A stretch of DNA of 64,000 bases from assembly GCF_009914755.1 (NCBI RefSeq), contig NC_060948.1; one strand, 5' to 3'. The stretch's first letter is position 1. Every line of letters starts with the position of its first letter. The notes below the pieces were generated by a model, which worked only from the letters and a program-made list of their open reading frames with translations, did not search any database and was not told the DNA's origin. Shown here in pieces: positions 40,501 through 55,500 of the stretch. A program made the translations under genes and the position numbers. The DNA is from the human T2T-CHM13v2.0 reference genome, Homo sapiens.

Positions 40501-43500
40501 AATGGATTATAATGGAGTGGAACGGAGAGGAATCGAGTGGAATAGAATGGAACGTAATGGCATCGAATGGAATGCACTGGAACGGAATGGACGCGAATGG
40601 AATGGAATGGAACAAAATGGAATCGAACTTATTGGAATCGAAAGGAATGGAATGTAACGTAAATGAAAAGAATGCACTCGAATGGAATGGAGTCCAATGG
40701 AATGAAATCGAATGGAATGGAATCAAATGGAATGGAATTGAAGGGAATCGAAAGGAATAGATAGGAATGGAGTGCAATGGAATGATATCGAATGGAATGC
40801 AATCAAGTGGAATGGCATGGAGTCGAATGGAATGGAATAGAATGTAATGGACTGGAACAAAATGGAGTCAAAAAGATTGGAATCGAATTGAAAGGAATGG
40901 AAGAAAATGGACTCGAATAGAATGGAGTCGAATGGAATGGAATTGAATGGAATCAAACGTAATAGAATGGAATGGAGTGTCATGGAAACATATCGAATTG
41001 AATGGAATGGAATCGAATCGAATCGAATGGAATGGACTGTAATGGAATGGACTGTAATGGAATGGACTGAAGTGGAATGGACTCGAATGTAATGGAAACG
41101 AACGGAATTGACTGGAAAGGAATAGTATGGAATGGAATGGCATCGGAAAGAAGGGAATTCAATGGAATTGAAAGGAATTTAATGGACGGAATTTAATGGA
41201 CCCAAATGTCATGGATTCGAATTTAAAGGACTCAAACAGAATGGACATGAAAGGAATGGTCTGAAAAGGAATTTATTCGAATACAAAGGAATCGAATGGA
41301 ATGCAACAGTATGGAATGGAATCGAATGGAATGGAATAGCATGGAATGGAATGGACCAAATTGTAATGGAATCAAATGGAATACACACAAATAGAATGGA
41401 TTCCAATGGAATGGTATCGAATGGAATTTATTCGAATACAATGGAATTGAATGGAATGCAACAGCATGGAATGGAATCAAATGGAATAGACTAGAATGGA
41501 ATGGAGTGGAATAGAATAGACTCAAATGTAATGGACTGCAACGCAATTGATTTGAATGGAATGAAATTCAATGAAATGTAATCAAATTGAATGGAAAGAT
41601 ATGCAATGGAATGGAATACAATGGAATGCAATGGAATGGAACAGAGTGGAATCGAATGGAATGGACTCGAATGGAATAAACTGGAACATAATGGAATCGG
41701 AAGGATTGGAGTTGAACAGAAGGTAATGGAATGGAATGGACTCGAATAGAATGGAGTGGAATGAAACAGACTTGAATGCAATGGACTGGAGAGGAATGGA
41801 CTCGAATGTAATTGAAAAGAATGGAATGTATTTAAATGGGATGGAAAGGAATAGAATGGAATGGAATCGGATGGAACAGAATGTAAAGGAATGGAGTAGA
41901 ATGGAGTAGAATAGAATGGAATGGCCGCCAATAGAATGGATTGGAATGGCATGGAATGGACTATAAAGGAATGGAAACAAAAGGAATAGATTGGAATGGA
42001 ATGGCATCAAATAGAATGGAATGGAATGGACCCAAATGTAATGGACTCAAATTGAATGGATTCAAATAGAAAGGACGCAAAAGGAATGGTCTCGAATGGA
42101 ATTTATTCAAATGGAATGGATTCGAATGGATTGCAATACTATGTAATGGAATCAAATGGAATTCAGTCGAATAGAATGGACCAGAAAGGAATGGACTGGA
42201 ATAGAATGGACTCGAATGTAATGGATTGCAATGTAATTGATTCAAATGGAATGGTATCGAATGCAATGTAATCAAATGGAATGGAATGCAATAGAATGGA
42301 ATGCAATAGAACGGAACGGAGTGGAATCGAGTGGAATGGAATGTAAACGAATGGAATCAAATGGAATGGACTCGAATGGAATGGACTCGATTGGAAAGGA
42401 AAGGAGCAGAATGGAATTCAAAGGATTGGATTTAAACAGAATGGAAAGTAATGGAATGGAATGGAATTGACTCCAAAAGAATAAAGTCGAATGGAATGGA
42501 ACCCAATGGAATGGAATCGAATGAAATTGACTGGAGTGGAATGGACACGAATGGAATGGAAACGAATGGAATGGAATGGAATGGAACGGAATGGAATGGA
42601 ATGGAGTGGAATAGAATGTAATGGAATGGAATTGGATGGAATGGATTGGCATTGAATGGAGTCAAATGGAATAGAATCCAATGGAATGGCATCTAATAGA
42701 ATGGAATGGAAAGGAATGGATTCAAATGGAATAGAGTCGAATGGAATGACATCTAACGGAATGAATTGGAATGCAATGGAATGGAATGGAATGGGATGGA
42801 ATGGGATGGAATGGAATGGAATGGACCAAAATTTAACGGAATCTAAAGAAATGGACTCAAATAGAATGGACTCAAAATGAATGATCTGGAATGGAATTTA
42901 TTCAAATATAATGGAATCGAATCGAATGTGATAGTATGAAATGGATTCGAATGGAATGGAATCAAACGGAATAAACCAGCATGGATTGGACTGGAAAAGA
43001 ATGGACTCGAATGTAATGGATTGCAATCTAAGGGATTCTAATGGAATGGAATTGAAAGGAATATAATCAGATGGAATGGAATGGAATGCATTGTTATGGA
43101 ATATAACGGTAGGCAATGGAATGGAACAGATTGGAATCGAGTGGAACGGAATCAAATGGAATGGAAGTGAATGGAATGGACTGGAACGGAATGGAAAAGA
43201 ATGGAATGGATTGGAACAAAATGGTATCATAAGGATTGGAATTAAACGGAATGCAATGGAATGCAATGGAATGGAATTGCATGGAATGGTATTTAAGGGA
43301 ACGGAATGGAATGGACACGATTGGAATGGAGTCGAATGGAATGGAATCAAGTGGAATGGAATCAAATTGAATGGAATTGAATGGAAATGAAAGAAATAAA
43401 ATGGAATGAATTGTAATGCAAAGACATCAAATGGAATGAAATGGAATAGCCTCAAATGGAATGGAGGAGAATGGAATGGAATCGAATTGAATATACTGGA

Positions 43501-46500
43501 CTGGAATGGACTGGAATGGAATGGAAACGAATGGAATGGAATGGTATGGAAAGGAATGGAATGAAATGGAATAGAATGGAAAGGAATAGAATCCTATGGC
43601 ATCGGATGGAACGGAATGGAATGGAATGGTATCGAATGGAATAGAATCGAATAGAATGACATCAAATGGAATGGAAAGCAATGAACTCATAGAATGGTCT
43701 CAAAAGTAATGGTCTCGCATGTAATTTACTCTAATAGAATGGAATCGAAAGGAATGCAATGGTATGAGAGGAATCGAATGGAATGGAAAGGAATGGAACT
43801 GGCTTGAATAGAACGGACTCAAAGGTAATGGATTGCAAAGCCATTGGCTCAAATAGAAAGGAATTGAATAGAATGGTATGGAATGTTATGGAATGCAGTG
43901 GACTGAAATTGAATGGAAAGAAATGGAAAGGAACAGAGAGAAATCGATTGGAATGGAATCTAATGGAATGGAATCAAACAGAATGGAATCAAATGGAATG
44001 GACTGGAATCGAATGGACTCGAATGGAATGGACACGAATGTAATGGACTGGAACGAAATGGAATTAAGCGGATAGGAATTGGAAATAACAGAATGGAATG
44101 GAATGGGATGGAATGGACTCGAACGGAATGGAGTCGATTGGAGTGGAATCGATTGGAATGGAATGGAATGGAATTGAATGGAATCGAAAGTAATATAATG
44201 GAATAGAATCTAATTTAAAAAATGGAATGGAATGGACTCATAGGCAATGTACTGGAATAGAATGAACTAGAATGGAATGGAGTGGAGTGGAAAAGACTAG
44301 AATGGAATGGTAACAAATGGCATGGAATGGATCGGAAGGGAATGGAATGGAAAGGAAAAGAATGGAATGGAATCGGAAGGAACGGAATGGAATGGAATGG
44401 ATTCTAATTGAATGGAATGGATTCGAATGGAATAGAATCAAGTGGAATGGCATCGAATGGAATGGAATGGAATGCACTCGAATGCAATGGGTTCGAATGG
44501 AATAGAATCCAATGGAACGGCATTGAATGGAATGGAATGGAATGAAATGGACAGAAATTTAATGGACACGAATGGCTTGGATTCAAATAGAATGGACTCG
44601 AAAGGAATGGTCTCGAATGGAATTTATTCAAATCAACTGGAAATGAAGGGAATGCAATAGTATGTAACGAAATCGAATGGAAAGGGATCAAATGGAATTG
44701 ACCGGAATGGAATGGACTGGAGTAGAACGGACTGGAATGTAATGGATTGCAATGTAATTGCTACGAATTGAATGGCATTGAAGGGAATGTTTTCAAATGG
44801 AAAGGAATGGAATGCAAGTGAATGGAATTGAATGGAATGAAATGGTATGGAATATAGGAATATAATGCAGTGCAATGGAATGTAATAAAATGGAATAAAA
44901 TGGAATGGAACAGAGTGGTATCGATTGGAATGGAATCAAAAGGAATTAAAATCAATGGAATGGACTGGATTTGAATGGACTGGAACAGAATGGACTCGAA
45001 TGGAATGCACTGAAACAAAATGGAAACCAACGTATTGGAATCGAATGGAATGGAATAGAATGGAATCAATGGACTCAAATGGAATTTAGTCGAATGCAAT
45101 GGAAAACAATGGAAGGGAATTGAATGGATTCCAAAGGATTAGAATGGAATGGAGTTGTAATGGAAGACTTCGAATGGAATAGAATGGAATGGAAAGGACT
45201 CGAATGGAATGGACTGGAATGGAAGGCACTCGAATGGAATGGACTGGAGTGGAATGGACTCGAATGGAATGGAAACTAGTAGAATGGAAAGGAAACGAAT
45301 GGAATGGAATAGAAATAAGAGAATTAAATGGAATCGGATGGAACATAATGGAATGGAATGGAGTCGAATGTAATTGAACCAAAAGGAATGGCATCGAATT
45401 GAATGGAATAGAAGGGAATGGAATGGACTCGAATGAAATGGACTCTAATGGAATAGAATCGAATGGAATGGAATTAAATGGAATGGAATGGATTGGAATG
45501 GAATGGACCCAAATGTAGTGGACCGAATGGAATGGACTCCAATAGAATGGACTCGAAATGAATGGTTTTGAATGGAATTTATTCGAATAGAATTTAATCG
45601 GATGGAATGTAATTGTATGGAATGGAATCAAATGGAATGGAATCAATCGGAATGCACTGGAATGCAATGGACTGGAAAAGAATGGACTCGAATGTAATGG
45701 ATTGCAATGTAATTGATGTGAATGGAATGAAACGGAATGGAATGGAATGAAATGGAATGGAATGGAATGGAATAGAATGGAATGGAATGGAATGGATTAG
45801 AATGGAATGCAATGCAATGAAATTGAATAGAATGGAATGCAACGGAATGGAATGGAGTGGTATCCAATGGAATGGAATTGAATGAAATGGAATAGAATTG
45901 AATAGAATCAAATGTAATGGATGGAATGGAATGGATTCGAATGTAATGGCCTGGAAAAAAATGGAATCAAACGGATTGGAAACCACCGGAATAGAGTGGA
46001 ATGTAATGGAAGAGAACGGACTCGAATGGAATGGATTCTAAAGGAATGGAAAGGAATAGAATAAAATTCAAAGGAATTGAAAGGAATAGAATGGAATGGA
46101 GTGTCATGGAATGATATCGATTGGAAGGGAATGTAATGGAATGGACTCGAATGGATTGGAATTTAATGGAGGGGACTAGAATGGAAAGGACTGGAGTGGA
46201 ATGGGCTGGAATGGAATGGACTTGAATGGAATACAAAGGAATGGAATGGAATGGAATGGAATGGAATAGAATGGAATGCATTGAAATGTAGACGAAAGGA
46301 ATAGATTCAAATATAATGGCATCAAGTGGAATGGAATGGAATGGAATAGAAAGGTATGGTATGAAATGTACTCTAATGGAATGGACTCGAATGGTATAAA
46401 ATGGAATGGAATGCTACCGAATGAAACGGAAAGAACTGGAATGGAAAGGAAAAGAATAGAATGAAATGGAATCGGATGAAATGTAATAGAATGGAATGGA

Positions 46501-49500
46501 ATGTAGTCAAATGGAAGAGAATCGCATGGAATGTCATCGAATGGAATGGAGTGCACTGGAATAGAATGGACTGGAACGGAATGGACTCTAATGGAATAGA
46601 ATGGAATGGAATGGAATGGAATGTAGTGGAAAGCACTCGATTGGAATTGAGTCAAAAAGGTTGGAATCAAATGGAATGGAGTCGGATGGTATTGAATGGA
46701 ATGGAATGACATATGATGCAATGCAGTGTAATGAAATGGAATGCAATGGAATGGAATGGAATGGAAATGAATAGACCAAAATGTAATGGACTCGAAAGGA
46801 ATGGACTCAAAGAGAATGGACCTGAAAAGAATGATATCAAATTGAATTTGTTCGAATAGAATCGAATCGAATGGAATGCAATAGCATGGAATGGAATCGA
46901 ATGGAATAGAATGGAATGGAGTGGACTGGAATAGAACAGACTCGAATATAATGGATTGCAATGTAACTGTTTCGAATGAAAAGGAAGCAAAAGGAATGTA
47001 ATCAAAAGGGATGGAATGGAATACTATGGAATGGAGGAGAATGGAATTCAAAGGAAAGGAATGGAGTAGAATAGAGTGGAATGGAATCGACAGAAATGGA
47101 ATGGAATGGAATGGAATCGAATGGAATGGACTACGGTAGAATGAACCCGAATGCATTGGTCTGAAACAAAATGGTATCGAACGGATTGGAATTGATTGGA
47201 ACAGAATGGAATGGAATAGAATGCAATGGAAAGGAATAGAATGAAATGGAAACGGGTGGAATGGAATGGAATTGAATAGAGTTCAGTGGAATAGAATTGA
47301 ATGGAATGTCATAGAAAGGAATGGAATGGAATGGAAGGTAATGTTATGGACTCAAAAGGAATTGATTCGAATGGAATAGAATGGCAAGGAATAGTATTGA
47401 ATTGAATGGAATGGAATGGACCCAAATGTAATTGATTCGAATGAAATAGACTCAAATAGAATGGACTCAAAAGAATGGTCACACTTGGAATATATTCAAA
47501 TGGAATGGAATTGAATGGACAGCAATAGTATGGAATTGAATCGAATGGAATGGAATCAAATGGAATAGACCGGAATAGAATGGACACGAATATTATGGAT
47601 TGCAATTTAATTGATTTGATTGAAATGGATTCAAATGGAATGGAATGGTATGCAATATTATGGAATAGAATGGAAGGTAATAACATGGAATGGAGTGGAA
47701 TTGAGTGGAATGGAATCTAGTGGAATGGAATCGAATGGAATATAATCAAATGGAATGAACCGGAATGAAACGGACACGAATGGACTGGATTGGAAAAAAA
47801 ATGGATTCGAACACACTGGATTCGAATGGAACGGAATAGAATGGAATGGAATGGTATGGAATCGAATGGAGTGGAGTCAAATGGAATGTAACCGAATAGA
47901 ATGGATTCGAAAAAATAGAATTCAATGGATTCGAAAGGAATAGAATGGAATGGAGTGCAATGGAAAAATATCGAATTTAATGGAATGGAATGGAAGGGAA
48001 TCAAAAGGAATGGAGTCCAATGGAATGGAGTCAAATGGAATGGAATCGAATGTAATGAAAATGAATAGAATCGAAAGGAATAGAATGGAATGGGGTGTGA
48101 AGGAATGATATCGAATGTAAAGGAATGGAATGGGATGGACTCGAATGGAATGGGTTGCAATATAATGGACTTGAATGGAATGGAAAAGAATGGAATGGAA
48201 ATGAATACAAAGGGATGGAATCGGATGGACCAGAATGGAATGGAATGGAGTCGAATGGAATAGAATTGAATTGAAGTTCTTTGAATTGAATAGAGTGAAA
48301 TGGAATGGAAAGTACTTGAAAGGAAAGGACTTCAATGGAACAGAATCGAATGGAATGGCATCGAATGGAAAGGAATGGAATGGAATGGAAACAAATGTAA
48401 AGGACTCGAATGCAATGGACTCAAATAGAATGGACTCGAAAGAAATGCAATCTAATGTTATTTATTCAAAAAGAATGGAATCCAATGGAATGCAATAGAA
48501 TGGAATGGAATCAAATGGAATGGACTGGAATGAAATGGACTGGAATAGAATGCACTCGAATGAAATGGATTGCAATGAAATGGATTTGAATGGAATGTAA
48601 TCGAAAGGAATAAAAAAATGGAATGGAAACGAAATCAGTGGAATGGTATAAAAAGTAATCCAATGGAAAGGAACGGATTGGAATCGCATGGAATGGAATC
48701 GAATGGAAAGGGATCAAAAGGAATGGAATCAAATGGAATGGACTCTAATGGAAGGGACTCGAATGGAATGGAGTGGAACAAAATGGAATCGATTGGATAG
48801 GAATCAAACGGAACAAAATGGAATGGAATGAAATGGACTCGAATGGAATGGAGTCGAATGGAATGGAATCAAATGGAATGGAATTGAATGGAATTGAAAG
48901 GAATAGAATGGAATGGAGTGTAATGGAAAGATTTCAAATGTAATGTAATGGAATTGAATGGACTCGAGAAGAATGGACTGGAATGGAATGGAAAGAGTAG
49001 AATGGAATGGAATCGGATGGAAAGGAATGGAATGGAATGAAGTCGAATGGAATAGAATCAAATATATTGGCATCGAATGGAATGGAATGGAATGGAATGG
49101 AATGGAATGGAATCGAATTGAAAGGAATGGACTTGAATGACAGAATCTAATGGAATGGTATCGAATGGAATTGATTGGAATGGAATGTAATCGAAAGCAA
49201 TGGTATGGAATTTACCCAAAATTTATGGACTCGAATGGAAAAGACTCAAATAGAATGTACTCGAAATGAATGGTCTCCAATGGAATTTATTCGAAAAGAA
49301 TGGAATATAATAGACTGCAATAGATTGGAATGGAATTAAATAGAATGGACCGGAATGGAATGGGCTGAAATAGAATTTACATGAATGTAATGGATTACAA
49401 CGCAATTGATTTGAATGGAATGAAATCGAGTGCAATGTAATCAAAAGGAATTGAATGATATGCAATGGAATACATAACAATGGAATGCAATGGAATGGAA

Positions 49501-52500
49501 CGAAGTGGAATAGACTGGAATGGAATCGAATCAAATGGAATCGAATGGAATGGAAACGCAGGGAATGGACTTGTTTGGAATGGACTCGAATGGAATGGAC
49601 TGGAACAAAATGGAACCGAACGGATTGGAGTCTAATGGAACGGAGTGGAATGGAATGGAATGGGAAGGAATGGACTCCAATGGAATGGAGTCGACTGGAA
49701 TGGAATCGAATGGAATGGAAAGGAATGGATTAAAATTTAATGGAATCGAAAGGAATACAATGGAATGGAGTGTAATGGAAAGATATCACATGGAACGGAA
49801 TGGAATGGAATGGACTACAATGCAATGGACTGGAATGGAATGGTCTCGAAAGGAAATGAAACGAGTGGAATGGAATGGAAAGGATTAGAATGGAATGTAA
49901 TGGAATCAGATGGAACATAATAGAATGGAATGGAGTCAAATGGCATAGAATCGAAAGGAATGACATCGAATGAAATTGAATGGAATGGAATGAAATGGAC
50001 TTAAATGGAATACAATCAAATGGAAAAGCGTTGAATGGGATGGAAAGGAATGGAATGGAATGGAAAGGAATGTTCCCAAATGTAATGGTCTCGAATGAAA
50101 TGGACTCATATAGAATGGACTCAAAAAGAATGGTCCCAATGGAATTTACTCGAATACAATGGAATCGAAAGTAATGCAATAGTTTCTAAAGTAATTGAAT
50201 GGGATGGAATCGAATTGACTTGACCGGAAAGTTAAGGAGTGGAATAGAACGGAGTTGAAATTAATGGAAGGAAATGTAATTAAATTGAGTGCGTTGGAAT
50301 TGAAAGGAATGTAATCAAGTGGAATGGAATGGAACGCAATGGAATGGAATGCATTGGAATGGAATAGAATGGAATGCAAAGGAATGGAACGGAATAGAAT
50401 CAACTGGAATGGAATCGAATGGAATAGAATCATAAGGAATGGACTGGAATGGAAGGGACAAAAATGGAATGGACTGGAAAAAAATGGAATCAAATGGAAT
50501 GGAATGGAATGGGCCCATATGTAATGGACACGAATGGAATGGAATCAAATGGAAGGGACTCAAAAGGAATGCTCTCGAATGGAATTTATTTGAATAGAAT
50601 GGAATGAAATAGAACGCAATAGTATGCAATGGAATCTAATTGAATGGAATGGACTGGTATTGAACTTACTCGAATGTAATGTATTGCAATGAAATTGATT
50701 CGAATGATATGGAATGGAACGGAATGGCATTAAATGGAAATTAATGGAATACAATGGAAAGGAATTGAATGGAATGCAAGGGATTGGAAATCAGTGTAAT
50801 CAAGTGGAATGGAATCGAATGGAATGGAATCGAATGGAATGAAATAAAATGGAATGAAATTGAATGGAATGAAATTGAATGGAATTGAAAGGAGTAGAAC
50901 AGGAAGGAGTGCAATGGAATGATACCGAATGAAATGGAATGGATTGGACTCCAATGGAATGGAATGGAATGCAATGGAGTCGAATGGAATGGACTGGAGA
51001 GGAATGGACTTGAATGAAAAGGAAACGAATGGATTGCAATGGAATGGAATGCAATGGAATGTAAAGGAATAGAAAGTAATGGAATTGGATAGAACTGAAT
51101 GGAATGGAATGGAGTCGAATGGAATTCAATCCAATGGAATGGCATTGAATGGAATGAAATGGAATGGACTCAATTGGAATGGAAACAAATGGAATAAAAC
51201 CAAATGGAATGGCATTGAATGGAATTGAATGGAATGGAATGGTTTGGAATTGGAAAGATTGGAATAGAAAGGAATATAGTCAAATGGAATAGAATCGAAT
51301 GGAATGGCATCGAATGGAATGGAATCAAATGGAATGGAGTCAAATGGAATAGAATGGAATGGAATGGCATGGAATGGAATGAAATGAAATGGAATGGAAT
51401 GGAGTGAAATGGAATAGACCTAAATATAATGGACTCGAATGGAATGGAGAAATAAAATGGACTCGAAACGAAAGGCCTGGAATGGAATATATTCGAATAG
51501 AATAGTATTGAATGAAAAGCAATAGTATGGAATGGAATAGAATGGAACGGAATTAAATGGAATGGACTGGAACGGAATGGACTGGAATAGAATGGACTCG
51601 CATGAAATGGACTGCAATGTAATTGATTCGAATGGAATGGAATCGAACGGAAAATAATCAAATGGAATGGAATAGAATGCAATGGAATGGAATAGAATTG
51701 AATGCAATGGAATGAAACGGAATGTAATTGAATTGAATGGTATCGAATGGAATGCAATTGAATGGAATGGAATCGATTGGAATGGTCTCGAATGGAACGG
51801 ACTGGAACAAAATGGAATCAAACGGATTGGAATCGAATGGCATGGAAGGGAATGGAAGGGAATGTACTCTAATGGAAAGCAGTTGAATGGAATGGAACTG
51901 TATGAATGGAATTGAATGGAATCGAAAGGAATAGAATAAAGAGGAGTGTAATTAAAGATATCCAGTGGAATTGAATGGAATAGAGTGGATTTGAATGGAC
52001 TGAAATCGAATGGAAAGGACTGGAATTGAATCAAATCGAATGGAATGGACTGGAAAAAAATGGAATCGTACGGATTGGAAACAAACGGAAAGGAATGGAA
52101 TGGAATGGACTCGAATGGAATGGAGTCGAATGGATTGGAATTGAATGGAAAGGAATTGAATGCAATTGAAAGGAATAGAATGGAATGGAGTGTAATGGAA
52201 AGATATCGAAAGGAAGGGAATGGAATGGATTGAACACGAATGGAATGGAACTGAACGGAATGGAATCGAATAGAATGGAATCGAAGGGAATAGAATGGAA
52301 TGGAGTGTAAAGGAAAGAGATCGAATGGAATTGAATGGTTTCGAACGGAGTTTATTCAAATGTAATGGAATGGATGTAATGGAATCGAATTCATTGGAAT
52401 TGAATAGAATTGAAAGCAATAGAATGGAATGGAGTGGAATGGAAAGACATAGAATAGAAAGGAATGGAATGGAAAGTAATGGACTCGAATGGAAAGGACT

Positions 52501-55500
52501 GGATAAGAATGGACTCGAATGGAAAGGAAACAAATGGAATGGAATTGAATGGAAAGGAATAGAATGGAATGGAATCAGATGGAATGGATAGTAATGGAAT
52601 ATAGTCGAATGGAATAGAAAGAAATTCAATGGCATTGAATGGATTGGAATGGAATGGAATAAAATGTAATGGACTGGAATGGACTCGAATGGAATAGAAT
52701 TGAATGGAATGGCTTAGAATGGAATGGAATGGAATGGAATGGCATGGATTGGAATGGAATGCATTCAAATGGAAGGGACTTGAATGGATTTGAATAGAAT
52801 GGAATGGCTTTGAATGGAAAGTAAAGGAATGGAATGGACTGGAATGGACCCAAATGTATTGGAATGGAAATGAATGGACTCAAATATAATGGAATAGAAA
52901 AGAATTGCCTTGAATGAAATTTATTCGAATAGAATGCTATCAAGTGAAATGCAATAGTATGGAATGGAATCGAATGGAATGGAATGGAATCAAATGTAAT
53001 GCAATAGTGTGGAATGGAATCGAATGGAATGTACCAGAAGATATTAGACTGGAATAGAAAGGACTCGAATGTAATGTATTTCAAAATAATTGATTCGAAT
53101 GGAGTGGAATAAAATGGAGTGAAATCAAAAAGAATGGATTGGAATGTAATGCAATGGAATGCAATGCAATGGAATGGAATGGAGTGCAATGGAATGGAAC
53201 GGAGTGGAAACGAGTTTAATGGAATTGAACGAAATGTAATTGAATGGAAGGGAATCGAGTGGAATGCACTAGATTTAAATGGACTTGAATGGATTAGAAT
53301 GGAATGGACAGGAACAAAAAGGAATCGAGTGGATTGAAACCGAACGGAAAGGAATGGAACGGAATCAAATGGAATGGAAATGAATGGAATGTAATCGAAC
53401 GCAATGGAATCGAATTTAATTAAAAGAAATCAAAAGAAATAGAATGGAATGGATTGTAATGCAAAGATATCGAATGCAACGGAATGGAATGGAATTGATC
53501 AGAGTGGAATGGACAGGAATAGAACGGACTCGAATGTAATGCATTGCAATTTAATTGATTCAAATGGAATGGAATCGAGTGGAATATAATCAAATGGAAT
53601 GGAATGGAATGCAATTAAATGGAATAGAATGGAATGAAATGGAAAGGAACGGAGTGGAATTGAATGGAAAGGAATCGAATGGAAAGGAATTGAATGGAAT
53701 GGAATCAATGAAATGGACTGCAATGTGATAGATTCGAATGGAATGGACTGGAACAAAATGGAGTCAAACGGATTGGAATCGAACAGAACAGAATGGAATG
53801 GAAAGGAATACATTTGACTCGAATGGAATTGAGTCAAATGAAATGGAATCGTATGGAATGGAATTGAATGGAATGAAATTTAACGGAAGCAAAAGGAATA
53901 CAACGGAATGGAGTGTAATGGAAACATATGGAGTGTATTGGAGTGGAATGGAATGGAATGGACTCGAATGCAATGGAAAGCAAAGGAATGGACCCGAATG
54001 GAATGGACTGCTGAGGAATGGAATTGAATGGAATGGAATGGAAAGGAATAGAATGGAATGGAATCAGTGGAACGGAATGGAATGGAATGGAGTTGAATGG
54101 AATAGAATAGAATGGAATGGCATCTACTGGGGTGGAATGGAATGGAAAGGAATAAAATGGAATGGAATGGAATGGAATCGAATCGAATCGAATCGAATAA
54201 AATAGAATGGACTCGAATGGGATGGACTCTAATGGAATAGAATCGAATGGAATGGCATCGGATCGAATGGGATGGAATGGACCCAAATGTAATGGAATTG
54301 AATGGAGTAGACTCAAATAGAATGGACGAGAAAGGAATGGTCTCGACTATAATTTATTCAAATAAGAAGGAATAGAAAGTAATTCAATAATATGGAATGG
54401 AATCGAATGGAATGGAATTGAATGGAATATACCAGAATGGAATGGACAGGAATAGAATGGATTCGAATGTAACGTACAGAAATGTAATTGATTCAAATGC
54501 CTTGGAATCAAATGGAATGAAATCAAAAGGAATTGAAAGGATTACAATGGAATGAAATAGTATAAAATGCAATAGAAAGGAACGTAGTGGAATCGAGTGG
54601 AATGGAATCGAAAAGAATGGAATGAAATGGAATAAAATCAACAGGAATGGACTGGATTGGAATGGACTGGAATGGAATGGACTGCAAGAAAACGGAGTAG
54701 AACGCATGGGAATCGAATGTAACCGAATGGAAGGGAAGGTAATCGAATGGAAGGGAAGGTAATGGAATAGACTGGACTATAAAGGAACGGAGTCAAATGT
54801 AATGGAGTCGAATGGTATGGAATCAAATCGAATGGAATCCAATGGAATGGAATTGAATAAAATTGAAAGGAAAAGAATGGAATGGAGTGTAAAGCAAAGA
54901 TATCGAATGGAATGGAATAGAAAGGAATGGAGTTGAAAGGAATAGACTGGAATGGATTAGACTCTAATGGAATGGACTGGAGAGGAATGGACTCAAAAGG
55001 AATGGAAACAAATGGAATGGGATGGAATGAAATGGAATGCAACGGAATGGTAACTCATGGAACGGAATGCAATGGAATGGAGTTGAATGGAATTGAAACC
55101 AATGCAATTACATCGAAAGTAATAGAATGGAAAGAAATGAAAGGCCTCGAATGGAATGGATTCAAAAGGAATAGAATCGAATGGAATGGCATAGAAAGGA
55201 ATGGAATAGAATGGAATGGAATGGACCCAAATGTAATGGACTCGAATTGATTTGAATTAAATACAATGTACTCGAAAGGAATGGTCTCGAATGGAACTTG
55301 TTCGAATAGAATGAAATCGAAAAGAATGCAATAGTTTGGAATGGAATCAAATGGAATAGAATGCAATGGAATGGAATGGATTGCCAGGGAATTGAATATA
55401 ATAGAGTGCAATGGAATGGAACGAAGTAAAAAGGAGTGGAATGGGATCGAATGGAATGGAATCGAATAGGATTCAATCATAGGGAATAGACCGTAATGGA

